DNA of 64,000 bases from Callorhinchus milii (GCF_018977255.1 NW_024704743.1:4094001-4158000); one strand, 5' to 3'; positions 36,767 to 49,397 are shown, counted from the stretch's first letter. Program-made: numbers and translations. The notes: a model not told the origin generated them from the sequence alone.

Positions 36767-37352
36767 CAGTGGTGGCCAACACATGGCCCTCAGGGCCATC
36801 AAGAAGTGGGCCCACCGAACATTCGCACGAGTCTAGTCGAGTCTGTTTTAATACTAATAATAATCCTTGCATTTGATATAGCGCCTTATCGCGTCTTCAA
36901 GACGTCTCAAAGCGCTTCACAGAGTATACTATAAAGTGTAGCGACTGTATATTTTGTGGGAGAAACGCTGCGGCAAAATTGCGCACAGCAACGTCCCACA
37001 AACAGTCGTGGATTGAGTGACCAAGTTATTATTAGTAGTTTTTGAAGGGATTATTACCCACGGAAAAGCGATCCGCCAATCGACTAACAACCGGGTTCCT
37101 ACTTACTGTTGGGTAAACAGAGCCGTGTGTGTGTGTGGAGTAAGGAAACGTGCCCAAGGTTTCGCCCCGCCCAGGAATCGAACCCGGGTCCTCTCGCTTA
37201 CTCTACAGGAGCAGTGGTGAGAGCAACCACTGCGAAACATTAAATCAACGGTTCGTTTCCAGTTTTTTTTCTGGATTGAACGTTTCTTGATTTATGGCGT
37301 AAATCAAGAACTATTTATTTTGTTGGCCCATCAAATAGGTTGTCCACCACTG
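36767..37352. mobile_element. hAT (Charlie-type) non-autonomous DNA transposon/MITE
   Basis: 14-bp TIRs CAGTGGTGGCCAAC (36767-36780) and GTTGTCCACCACTG (37339-37352), one mismatch. The flanking 8-mers ctcaagat and ctctggac are consistent with a decayed NTCTAGAN-type target duplication. Confidence 0.7.
36854..37210 (-). mobile_element. Young tRNA-derived SINE, long-body variant, nested in the MITE
   Basis: Full tail and body plus B box (ggaatcgaaccc on the + strand). The head is partly deleted. Confidence 0.9.
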
Positions 37353-39644
37353 CTCTGGACAAACCGGTCACTTTAGTACATTTCGCCAGAATGACTGCAA
37401 AGCACTTTGAGACATTTGAGTGTGACAAGTTTCACAAAAATCAGAGTTTTATTCTTTCTCCACTTAAAGTCTCGACGGTCAAGTCATGTTATCACACAGC
37501 CACTTACGCTCTTTGAAGTAGCTCACAGAATTATACTTGTTAGCATCCAGGCAGAGATTTAGTGTCTGTCAGTGTCTTTGACTCCTTGAGGAGAGTTCTT
37601 GCCGAAACCAACCCAGACTGCCGTAGCATACATTAAGGTCACGTTTTCTCAGACAGAGAGAGGCTCATTGAGGTCACGTTGGCTCAGACAAAGACGACCG
37701 AAAGCGCGGTCAAGGCAGGTAGGTCTCAGGGCAGTCTGTGAACGAGGTGAGGGAGGGAGGGAACGCTAAAGATAAGGCATTTAAACTGGAAGTTGCGAGC
37801 GAACGGTGCCGTGCAATTGCAAACGGATTTGAGGTAAATCATTAGCCATGATTAGGAACAGCAGTCAGCCTGGGCTCAGACCTCAGGGAGTCCCTGTAAA
37901 TGATCACCTTGGGCTCTGCTAATGAGACAACCTGCTTAATGACCTGGGAACCGTCGGAAAACACTCAGTGACTGCAGTGTCAGAGCCAGACTGCAGGAGT
38001 TTGACCAGGACAGTGTTCTTTGTCTCACAGAGCGAGTCAGAAAAGGGGAATCGAGTTGATCGTTCGGTCAAAAGCTGCAGTTTGCGAGTCGGAGAACTCG
38101 CGGACGCCGTCGGGAACAGCATTTGATGGGAACCGCATCCAGGTGGACCGAATGCCGACTGTGTTGACCCTGTTGTAGGCTTGCTCAGCTATCCGGCCTG
38201 GAATTTGCCTGAGATGGGAAGCGCTTGCTGTCGACACTAGGTGGCAAGATCAAATCGTGTCCACGGTCATCGGCACCGAGGTCCACGATCGAGAACTTGG
38301 CAAAAGTTATTCAGTTACAAATATAACCGGATGAGGGCGAATCGGGAGAATGCCATCAAAAAAAATAATAAAATAAATCACCTCTTCCGCCCGAAACATC
38401 ATCCCACTGCTTTGGTATCGCAAGTGTTGAGTAGCTGGTTGGAATCCCCATCCTCAGGACTTCCTAACCCCGAATCGGCCCGTCCGCTCCCTCCGCACGG
38501 CGGACACCGGCCCGATTCACGTCCCCCGCATTTCCCGCCCCACCATTGGAGGTCGGGCATTCAGCATCCCTGCCCTCACACCCTCTGGAACTCTCTCCCG
38601 CAATCCCTCACCACCTCTCTTACCTCCTTTCAAGTCCAAAGAACTTCCTCTTCGACCCGTGCCTTCGGCCACCCTCCCACCCCCAACTCCCAGTTCGTGT
38701 CCAAAAAAAAATAGGATAACGTCTCGTAGCCCTTCACAGTGACAGGGTTGGACTCATATCATGGGGGAAGGTTGCGGAGGAGTGGGGGGAGATAGGGAGA
38801 GGTGATCAGTAGACACCGTTTTGGACGGACTTAAAGACAGAGAGGGCGCGAGCCAGAGGGGTAGAGAGAGGCCCTTCCAGGGATAGGGGCACAGTCTCTG
38901 CTGAAGACTTTTCTTTTCGACCGCGCCTTCGGTCACCTTCCTCCCCCTCCCCCCGGCTCGGTCCCGGGATCCGTTACCGTGAAGGCTCTGAGAGGCCGTC
39001 CGGCGTGGAGAGCGCTATATAAATCCCAAGTTGTTGCTGTTGTTGTAGCTGAAGGCTCGGCCCCTGATTGTGGCACAGAGCAAGCAGGGGACGTGCAAAT
39101 TTGAATTAACCTCGTGGAGCGGAACAGAAGGGGGGGGGGGTGGGCGCGGGGAGGAAGGGGAGGGGTAGGAGTCGATCAGAAGACAATTCCTCCCGACGTG
39201 GACAAGCACAGGGTAGTTCAACAACTTTCTGTTTGGAAATTGCACATGCCTCGACACTGGAGAAAGGGTGGCAGAAGAGGACTGAGTAATACCTGTAATT
39301 CAGATTCAGTGAAAGGATCGTGGAATCTGGCTGCACAAAAGGAGGCCATTCTCGCCTGCGACGGTTACAAACGAAGCAAATGGCAACGCCCCCTGGGACC
39401 TCTGCGAAGCACCGCACAATGGCGTCTATAAGTCCCTCACCATAGCAACCGATAGCAATTGCGCTCCCAAGGTCAGTCACGCCAAAGCTGTTTCAAGCAA
39501 CATTTCTGTTCTTGTTAAAGAGCTGGTTGACCCTCGAACCACTCAACCCTCCCCCCATCTACCCCCTTCCAAGTCGAAGCAATTTTGGATAGCAATTTAT
39601 CGTTCTGCTGCAATAGAACAACACCCCACCCTCACACCACACTG

Positions 39645-39968
39645 ATAAGCCTTGCATTTCATACGGCGCCTTATCGCGTCATTGAGACGTCTCAAAGCGC
39701 TTCACGCAACGTATTGTAAAGTGAATCGACTGGTGTATTTTGTGGGGGCGAAACGCGGCAGCCAAGTGCGCACGGCCGCGTCCCCGCAAGCAGTCGTGGA
39801 TTGAGTGACCCAAGCTACCTGCCCATCGACCAACAACGGGTTCCGACTTACTGCTCGGTCAACAGAGGCGTGTGGAGTAAGGTAAAAACATGCCCCAGGT
39901 TTCGCCCTGCCCGGGAATCGAACCCCCGTCCTCTTGCTTGCGAGGCGAGCTCACTCACCACTGAGCTT
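39645..39968 (-). mobile_element. tRNA-derived SINE, long-body variant
   Basis: Family tail, body and head (cgggaatcgaaccc...ccactgagct on the + strand). Confidence 0.88.
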
Positions 39969-41112
39969 CACAAATCACGGGCGTTGTATAATGTGGGCGT
40001 GAGGGTGTACGCTGAACAGGAGGGACGTGTTGATTTCTAATGGAGTTCCTTGAAACCAGGAATACAACGGCCCCCGAGGCACGAGAATTCCATCCCAATG
40101 TGACTGAGCGTTCGGAGTGCAATTCCTGTCGGTCGTCGTGATGAGCTCCTCGAAGACCCCATCGTGCCCGTCTTCACACGGGTCAAGAGGGGTGGGGTGT
40201 GTACGCCTGCAAATACACCCACCGCAATTTACGGTCAAGTCGATCCAAGCCTGGTGCGTTCAGATATCCTGCCGACGCCAAAGGCGCTGTCTCAAATGCA
40301 AGGATTATTATAGCTTAATCTTCCGGGTTCCCTGATTGGAAAATGAAATCTCCAGTGGGTGGAGGTGCGGTAATAAAAACGGAGGGCAGTCCTGAAATGA
40401 GCTCGTTTCTGTCTCTTGGCAGGGCAGCCCCCAAATGCTGGAGATTTCATTTCGAAATCGGGGCAACGTGACCTGAGGAAACTTTCTGGCAAATGAAGCA
40501 GCTTATGATACAGTAAGTACAAGACGACGCCAGAAAATATTAAATATCACAAGTGCTGTCGTGTAAGAAAAAAACCCAACGCCATCACCCGAATCGCAGT
40601 AGAATAGCAGGGTGGGTGTCCGAGACTTGAGTCGAGCAGAATGTTTATAATAATATACAACAGTAACCCTTGCATTTGATATAGCGCCTTTTCGCGCCAT
40701 CGAGACGTCTCAAAGCGCTGTGTATTTTGTGGGCGAAACGCGGCAGCCCATTGCGCACAGCAGTTTGGAGAAACAACTGCTGTTTCCTTCCATTCCTGTT
40801 AACCTGCTTCTTTGGCAGCGCTCTTCACCTCTTGAGTCGGAAGATTGGGGTTCAAGCCCCACATCGGTACTTTGAACTCACGTCGTCCCTCTAGATTCCA
40901 GACTGCTGACGTTCCAATGCATCGTCTCATCCTCACTCCCATCGGTCAACCACTTCATAGCCGTTTGCGGGACAGTGTTTGGCTGCTGCGATCGCCCACA
41001 AAATGCACAGTCCCTACGCGTTGTAGTGTTAATCTGTGAAGCACTTTGAAACGCGCTTTGAAACATGGAAAGCCGCTGCCACCAAACAAAACGACTGTTA
41101 TCTCGGATCAGA

Positions 41113-41702
41113 GCAACAACAACAACAACACAATTACATTTATAGAGCGCCTTTCATGTCGGGAGGATGTCCCAAAGCGCTGAACAGATGTTGGGGCCTG
41201 AGCATGGGGCAGGGGTGGTGTAGGGGGTGAGGGAAGGCAGAGAGATGGGAGTGAAACCAAAGACACGATCGAAGAGAAGGGTCTTGAGACCGGCCTTGAA
41301 GGAGGCGAGGGAGGAAGCGAGGCGAAGGGACCGTGGGATGGAGTTCCAGAGTGTGGGGGCAGAGAGGCTGAAAGCCCGGCCACCGATGGTCGGGCGGGAG
41401 ACATGGAGCAGACCAGAGCCCGATGAACGGAGGGAGCGGGCAGGTTGGCAGGGAGTCAGCAAGTCAGAGAGGTAGGAGGGGGCAAGGCCACGGATGGCCT
41501 TAAAGGTGAGGACGAGGATCTTGAACTCGATCCTCTGGCGGATGGGGAGCCAGTGGAGTCAGGCGAGGGTGGGAGTGATGGGGTCGCGGAGCCTGGTGCG
41601 TGAGAGTACACGAGCTGCAGAGGTTTGGATGATCTGCAGCTTGTGAAGGGAAGAGTTGGGAAGGCCGATGAGGAGGGAGCTCTCGTAATCGAGCCTGGAC
41701 AG
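41113..41702 (-). mobile_element. L2 LINE 3' fragment
   Basis: Peptides SRLDYESSLLIGLPNSSLHKLQIIQTSAARVL and ARSLRSSGSGLLHVSRPTIGGRAFSLSAPTLWNSIP, with a (CAA)n tail. Confidence 0.92.
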
Positions 41703-41899
41703 CAATGTCCAAGTCCTGTTACACCCTCTCATTCGGGCCGAATGCCTCCTTCTGTACTGTATAATTCTCTGATCCCGTGGTTTAAAGACACCTTTTAAAA
41801 CTGCTTCGCTATGTCTTTTTGTTTCGTAAAAACAAATCAACTTTCGGAATACGATCGATTTTTTTTTTCCACAGCCGCGGTCACATTGAGGTGAGGTTC

Positions 41900-42300
41900 C
41901 CGAAGTGCTTCACAAGATTTACTGTGAAGTGCAGTGACTGCGTATTTGTAGGCGAACGTGGCAGCCCAATTGCGCACAGCAATGTCCCATGAACAGCCAT
42001 GAAGTAAATGACCCACATTATTTAGGGGATTGTTGGTCAGGACACCGGGAGATACCTCCCACCCCCCCCCCCCCCCCACACCTTCTCTTTTTGAGTAGCC
42101 CCACGGCATCTTTAAGGTCCATCTGAACAGGCAGATGGGGACCTTTGAAGGCCAGCAACATGGTCCGAGCACCGCGTTCGGAGTGTCAGCTCACACGACG
42201 CACGTTCGAAATCCTGACGTGGGGTGTGGGCGTGGGCGGCTTGAACCCACAACCTTCTGACTCGGGGGTGAGAGGGCTCCCGACAGAATCCGCCTGCCAC
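41900..42300 (-). mobile_element. Old Deu-domain SINE
   Basis: ggcatctttaaggtccatctgaacaggcagatggggacc core and gcttgaacccacaaccttctgactc head on the + strand. Confidence 0.75.
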
Positions 42301-44511
42301 GTCTACAAATCGCACAGACACCCATTCCACTCCGCTGCCAATCATGGAGACGGGAGCAATGGTGCAGAATCGCGACCAGATGTTTGACGATAAGCTTTGA
42401 ATTCTCCAGATAGGCGCGTGGGGCACTGCGGTTTGTAATGACCGAGTGCCAGCAACTGCATACGTCATTAAGTCCTCTTCAGCGAAATTGCTTATTAATT
42501 GTTTTCTACCGCAGCAAACATAAACCCACTTTATCAACGATATACTTCTAAGCGTCAGCAATTATCGCTCCAGCCGCTTTGCCTGGGCTGGAACCATCTG
42601 GATTTGCTGCTCAGCAGAGCAAAGAGGCAGCAGTCTTTCGGCTAACGTGTGGGAGTGTCTCGTTGGTGTCAGGTGCGGAAACAATAATAATAATCACGTT
42701 GATAATAATATTCCTCGCATTTGATGCAGCGCCTCATCACGTCTTCGCGCACAGCAGCGTCCCCACAAACAGCCGTGCATTGAGTGGCCAATTTTTTTTG
42801 GGGGGAAGGAATTATGACGCCCGGAAAAGAGATCTGCCAATCGTCTTAACAACCGGGTTCCTCCTTACTGCGAGGTAAACAGAGGCGTGTGGGGTAAGGA
42901 AACTTGCCCAACATTTCACCCTGCCCGGGAATTGAACCCAGGTCTCTCGCTTGCGAGGCGAGTGCTCTAAACGCTAACAGTAGAATCATAGAATATTACA
43001 GCACAGAAGGGGAGGCCCATCGTGCCTGTGATGGCTCTTTGAAAGAGGTATTCAACTAGGTATCCAGCTATCCAACTGTCCCACTCCCCCGCTTTCACCC
43101 AGAGCCCTGCAAAGGTTTCCTTTTCAAGTACATACCCTTTTGAAAGCTACTATCGAATCTACTTGCATTTGATATAGTGCCTTATCACGTCGATGAGACG
43201 TCTCAAAGCGCTTCACAGAATATGTTGTAAAGTAAATTGACTGTGTCTATTTCATGGGCGAAATACACAATCAATTGACTGGGGTAGGTTTGAACATGGC
43301 TTTGCAGCAGCTTCAACACACTTAATAAATAAGAATCGTTGGATCTGGTTTAATGGCAAGTTTTGAAGTCAGCTGTCCATCAAGAACCTTTGCTTGAACC
43401 TCTACGTTCATGAGAGTAAGGTTTGAAGTAACACCTCCGCACTCTATCCTTCCCACTCTAATTCGTCGCCTCGTTGGAGTGTTTCAGTTGCCCAAGTGGC
43501 TGTCTAAACAGCGAGTGAGGCCACGACTGGAGCTTAGGGCGTGTAGTGGCTGAAGACACGTCCACTGATGGCGTTGCGGAGGTGTTGGGGGGACAGACCT
43601 AGGTGTCGGCCTCAGTCCCCGCTGAGCAAAATCGGAGCAGGCAGAGGAGTGGGGTACAAGCAGGTACTACAAAGTGCCTCACAGGATTTAAGGTAAAGTG
43701 CACTGAGTGTGTGTTTTGCAGGCAATCGCGCAAAAAAAATAATTCCTTGCCCCCCAAAAATGGGTCACTTCAATCCACGGCTGTTCGTGGGACACTGTTG
43801 CCGTGTTTCGCCCACAAAATATACAGTGACTCCACTTTACGGTACATGCTGTGAAGCGCTTTGAGGTGTCTTGACGTGATGAGGGGCTATATCGAATGAT
43901 TATTATTATTATAAGTGCTGGTGATGGACTTTTACCTCTTTTGCTTGCAATAAAAATGTTAAAGCTGTAGTGAAGGGCAGGATTGGCGACACAGTGATGA
44001 TCCCTAGTCTTGAGTGAGGAGCTGTAAGTTCTCAGATTCATACCTACAGTTCCGACACAGTGAGTTCAATGCTTTGCTGACTTGGAAGGTACCAATCAGA
44101 GGTAGTGACAATCCAGAATATTGATGGAGAGTGAGAGGACCTGGCTGATTTCATAATAAATAATAATAATAATAATAATAATAATATTTAAGAATTGTAG
44201 AAAGTTTCTTTCATGGTATTGTTGTGACTAAAAATAATTTCTCTTTTCGGATAGTGCCGTGGGGATGTTATGTTGTGATGGCGAGAACTGTCCATAGCTC
44301 AGCATCCTGTTTGCTTTGTTTACTGCTGTTCTTACACGCTCGAAACGTTCCAGCGTGTTGGATCCCTTGTAGGAGCGAAGCCTAATAATCCACCTTAGCC
44401 ATTGTCAACCCGAGTATCGTGTCAGCTTATCTTGATCAAAATCGCTCGATTCAGATCAGTTTGGATTGCCATCTTATATCTGTTTACACCGCCCCCCCAT
44501 CCCCCAAACCG

Positions 44512-44542
<31 letters not shown>

Positions 44543-44742
44543 CTCTCACTCTGCCTCTCTCTGCCTCTCTTTCTCTCTCTCGCTCTCTCTCTCTTGGCCT
44601 AGACTCTGTCTCTCTCACTCTGCCTCTTTCTGCCTCCCTCTCTGGCTTTCTCCGACTTTGACTCTGCCTCTCCCTCGGTCTCTGTCTCTCTCTGGTTCGC
44701 TCTTCCCTCTGACTCTCCACGCCTCTCTCTGTGCCTCTCTGT
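44512..44742. repeat. Degenerate (TC)n / CT-rich microsatellite
   Basis: Directly visible. Smaller (GA)n/(TC)n tracts lie at ~32220-32250 and ~34880-34955. Confidence 0.95.
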
Positions 44743-44789
44743 CAGTAACTCTCTTGGCAATTCACTGCTCCGCACAGCCAGCCCCACTG

Positions 44790-45300
44790 TATCCAGAACA
44801 ATGTATTCCCCACACAATTCCCCCACCGACAACCTCAGCCGCACCAAACCGCGCACCCATCACCCCAGTCCTCGGCTGACTTCACTGGCTCCCTGCCTCC
44901 TGACTGATCAATTTCAAGGTCCTCGCCGTCAGTTAAAATCACCTTCACACCGTTGCACATCCCCCCCTCTCTGCGATCTTCTCCACCACACTCTTCTGCT
45001 CGCCCCCTCCTCCCAACTAACTCAAACGTTGTATATCCTGGGCACCTCCATGTCACCATCAGTGGCCAGGCCTTCAGAAACTATGCCCCCAACCTCTCGA
45101 ACTCCCTCTCTCTACCCCGCTCTCCCCAACCCCCACCCCCTCCCCCCAATGATGTGATCAGGCGCTATATCAAATGCAAGGATTATAGGGTTATTATTAT
45201 TATTTATTCCCATCTCAGACGCTACCTATTCAACCATGCCCACGGTCACCTTCTCCTCCTCTCTTGCTTAGCGCCCATCCCATCCTTGTGAAGCGGTCCC
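44790..45300 (+). mobile_element. Old L2 LINE 3' fragment
   Basis: cacccatcaccccagtcctcggctgacttcactggctccc and peptide TISGQAFRNYAPNLSNSL. Confidence 0.75.
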
Positions 45301-45813
45301 AGGAATTATCCTGCGTGAAGGGTGCTGTATGAATACAAGTTGTTGAGGTGGTGGATTTCTATATCAGGGATGGGCTTAATCTTGCGTTGGAAAAGGATCT
45401 CGAAAGAGAAAGCAGCACCGCAAAAGGTGCCTTCGGCTAAATCTGTCGCAAAACACCATTTACCTACTTTGCTGAGCAAACTCTTTCCCAACGAGGAGGG
45501 TCAATGTCAATGCGGAGGTTCCAGGAAACAGAACATAAATCAAAAGAAGAACAAATGCTACATTTCATTAAATAGAAACACTGCTCTATCGCCCGGAGTA
45601 AACTTCGAATACATAATAATAATAATAATAATACTGGTACTCACTTTCACAGCATAACCGTTTACCACTACGGTGGGACGTCCCAAACCGGAACTTCACT
45701 GCGAAATGCAGTGACTTGTATATTACATTTTGAGGGTGAACACAGCAGTCCATTTGCCTGCGGTAATGTCCCCACAAACGGGCGTGAAACGAACGATCTT
45801 TTTTTTGGACCTG

Positions 45814-46139
45814 GCGAGAGACCTGGTTTCGATTCCCGGGCAGGGCGAAAGGTTGGGCAAGTTTCCTTACTCCACGAGCCTCTGTTTACCCGAGCAGTGA
45901 GTAGGAACCCGGCGGTTAGTCGATTGGCGGGTCGATTTTCCGGGGGTAATAATTCCTTCAAAAAAATGAATAATATTGAATTGGTCCCGACTATTTGTGG
46001 GGACGCTGCTGTGCGCAATTGGCTGCCGCGTCTCGTCCATGCGGTCGATTCACTTTACAGTCTATTCTGTGAAGCGCTTTGAGTCGTTGAGAAGACGTGA
46101 TAAGGCGCTATATCAAATGCAAGGATTATTATTATTATT
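45814..46139 (+). mobile_element. Young tRNA-derived SINE, long-body variant
   Basis: B box, body, tail stem-loop and (TAT)n. Confidence 0.9.
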
Positions 46140-47475
46140 GTTATATCACATGTGAGGATTATTAGCATTAGGGGATTGCTTTACTCGGGCCATACTTCAA
46201 GAGGTACAGACAGACCACAAGACCGAGCAGCGGTGAGAGCCTCGTGTGAACAGAAAGTGTAAATCCCAGTTCCTGTTCGTAATCGCTGTATGAAAAGGTC
46301 ATTAATCACCGGGGGCCAAGTAGATGGAGAAGGGCAAAAACATTCCTGTCCTTGAGAGGGTATGGAACCGTGTCACCAAGATATCAGGCGCCCAACAATC
46401 ATCACGGGTTGAGTTTCAAAGAGCATCGTCTTAACATTCGAGAACTGTGCAGAATTTTAGAAAGTCCTTAAATGCGGCCATCGTTTCGAAGCCCGTTTCC
46501 CCTCATCTCCTCTTCAGGCCTCTGTCAGAATCGCTTTCGAATCGGCAGAATTGAATTCAAACGAATAACTGCTATTATTTTTACTATTATAAACGCATTC
46601 CGTTCGAAGCCCATAATCTTATAATCTAATACGATTTGCACGCAAATGATAAGCATATTATTTATCGCTAATAAGAATTAACCCCCCCCCCCACCCATCA
46701 CCCCCACCCCCACCCCCCTCCACGATTTTGAACTTCAACGCAACCTGATCTCGAGCACCGAAACCCGTGAGGAATGCCAACCCTGAGATTTTCTTTTGTG
46801 TTTGTTTAATCTAATTAGCTCGTGCAAAGCACTCTTTTAACGAGGCGTGCCGTTTTTAAACGAAAAGTCGGCGTAAAAGACGGGGTTCGAATAGGCCAAG
46901 CAATTAGATCGAGGTGACCTCAGGCGCCCCCTCCCTCGCTCTCCATCCCACACACCACCCACCACTTCCTCCAGCTCCAGCCCAGAATAATAAGAGTGAT
47001 CGGTGCCTTTGACATAGCGCCTTGGAACGGTTGCGCGTTTGACATTTTGCTTTGATTAATCCCCCACCTCACCCAAGCAGGGACCCCCCCCCCCAACTCT
47101 CCCACCCCACCCCGCGCCCACCCGCCCGTCCGACCTCCGATTGCCCGTTTCAGAACTACAGAACATCACCTGCAGCTATAAATCAAACGTCAGGTGAGGC
47201 GATGTAGTGGAACTGTATCAATATTTCATGATGTATGGTTAGCTTCGAGGCTCGCGAGCTAACGGCGTCTGCCAAACACGACACCCGGTATGCTTTGCGC
47301 TCAGCCGAGCGAGTCGTGCTCATTCCGGTGGTAAATGAATGTCACAGAGCACGTGCGCGCCGGGGAGATGCTCGATGCTGCGCTCGCTGCTGACTCTAAT
47401 TATAAAGCGCCCTCCGAACGAGAGGGAGAGAGGAGAACGTCAGTTGCAACGAGAGGGCCGAAAATGCAAGAACTC

Positions 47476-47890
47476 CGGCTCAGGTCGGGTCAGCTCAGCT
47501 CAGGTTAGCTCAGGTCAGGTTAGCTCAGCTCAGGTTAGCTCAGCTCAGCTCAGGTCAGCTTACCTCAGGTTAGCTCAGCTCAGGTTAGCTCAGGTCAGGT
47601 TAGCTCAGGTTAGCTCAGGTTAGCTCAGCTCAGGTCAGCTTACCTCAGGTTAGCTCAGCTCAGGTTAGCTCAGGTCAGCTCAGGTCAGCTCAGCTCAGGT
47701 GAGCTCAGGTCAGCTCAGGTTAGCTCAGGTCAGCTCAGGTTAGCTCACGTCAGCTCAGGTCAGCTCAGGTTAGCTCAGGTCAGGTCAGCTTAGCTCAGCT
47801 CTTCTCAGGTCATCTCAGCTCAGCTCTTCTCAGGTCAGCTCAGGTCCGGTCAGCTCAGCTCTTCTCAGGTCCGCTCAGCTCAGGTCACCT
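47476..47890. repeat. Pentanucleotide tandem array (CAGGT/CAGCT/TAGCT variants), ~83 units in unbroken 5-nt register
   Basis: Counted by eye: about 40 AGCT-containing units and about 31 CAGGT units. The rare TACCT unit recurs 80 nt apart (47561, 47641), indicating higher-order duplication. Confidence 0.97.
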
Positions 47891-49315
47891 TCAAGGTCTT
47901 GAAGTCTCTTTGCAAAGCCGGTCTCAGCAAACGTTCAGCATTAATAATAATAATATTAATAATAATAATAATAATCCTTGCATTTGATACCGCGCCTCAT
48001 CACGTCGTTCTGACGACTCAAAGCGCTTCGCTGGAAGCCCAGCGTAAAGCCAGTCGACTGTGAGTCTCGCCGGTGAAACTCGGGGAGCCAATTGCGCCCA
48101 GCGGCGACCCTCACCATCAGCCGTGGACGCCGCCGGGCGATTCACGTTCTCTTGCGAGAGCATTCATGTCGGGAGCACGTCTCGGAGTGCTCCACGCCAA
48201 ATCCAGAGAGAGTGGGTGGGGGGGAGGGGGTGCAGTGTGGGTGCTGAAGAGGGTATGGGTGGGGGAAGATGAGGGGGGTGGGGGGAGAGGGGGGGGGCGG
48301 GCGGGTGGGTAGAGGGTCAAGCTGACCGAAAGCACGGTCGAAACGCCCTGAGGCGGTACCTCCGAGCGCAGGACGCTATATATAACCGCAAGCCGTCGCT
48401 TAAGTGCTTCAGAGGAATTTATTTTGTTTTATTTTTTTTAAAGAACCGTCTCCGTTAGACCTTTGCACAAGAAACCGTTTGCCCGACCGCAATTCTGAAA
48501 CGAAATTCCAAACAGTCTCTCCCTCCCTCTCCGTCTCTCCCTCTCTCCCCCTCTCTCTCTCTATCGCTCGCTCGCTCGCTTTGCGTGCTTGATCTCGCTG
48601 AGCCCTGGTTCAACCGCTGACCGATCACGAACCAGGGGACATCAGTCGTCTGAGCAATTAACCTCCCCCCGCGCAGCTCTCTGCCACGTCTCCTGCGCCG
48701 CTCTCTTTTACCCCGCCGACCCCGTTGACTCCTTGAGCGGCCGCTTCAATAACTCAGTGCTCTGACCACCGACAACAAAATGCAACAACAAAATGACATT
48801 CGCGTAGCGCCTTTCACGTCGGGAGGACGTCCCAAGGCGCTGGACAACGCCAGCTACGCTGTCCGTTGGATTTCCGGCTCGAGAATCGCAGTATTGGACA
48901 GTGACTTAATGCCGGCTTAACGAAACACAAACAAAATGGAATAACGCCAATACTCCCATCAGTCATTCACACCCGTAGCTGTCTGCGGGACACTGCTGTG
49001 CACAAATTGGCTGCCACGTTTGCCTGCAAAATTCTGCCCTTCACAAAGGCTGTATCAAATGTAAGCTTTCTTTTATACACCGGTTCCTGACGCAGCCGGC
49101 TTCCCACACACGAACATGGAGTGCGTGGGTGTGTGCGTGTGTGTGGGCGTACGGGTGTGGGCGTGTTACCTCCCGCACGCCCAGCTGCTGGTCGAGGTAT
49201 CAATGTGGTTAATATCATAAGGTCACTGCATTCAACGCAGTTGTGCATTTGAACACATCACAACATTGCAAATTTCACCCCCAATGTCCTTTGACTCATT
49301 TCGATGCAAACACAG

Positions 49316-49397
49316 CGAGCACACACGCACAGGCGCGCAGACACACGCACACGCACACACACACACGCAGACACACGCACACACACACACGCAGACA
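49316..49397. repeat. (CA)n/(CACG)n alternating purine-pyrimidine microsatellite
   Basis: Directly visible. Confidence 0.9.

Noticed and set aside
47339..47623. 94-aa ORF with SSAQV/LAQLR repeats
   Set aside because: It is a translation of the pentamer array. The 5-nt period brings in TAG stops, and there is no sign of coding constraint.
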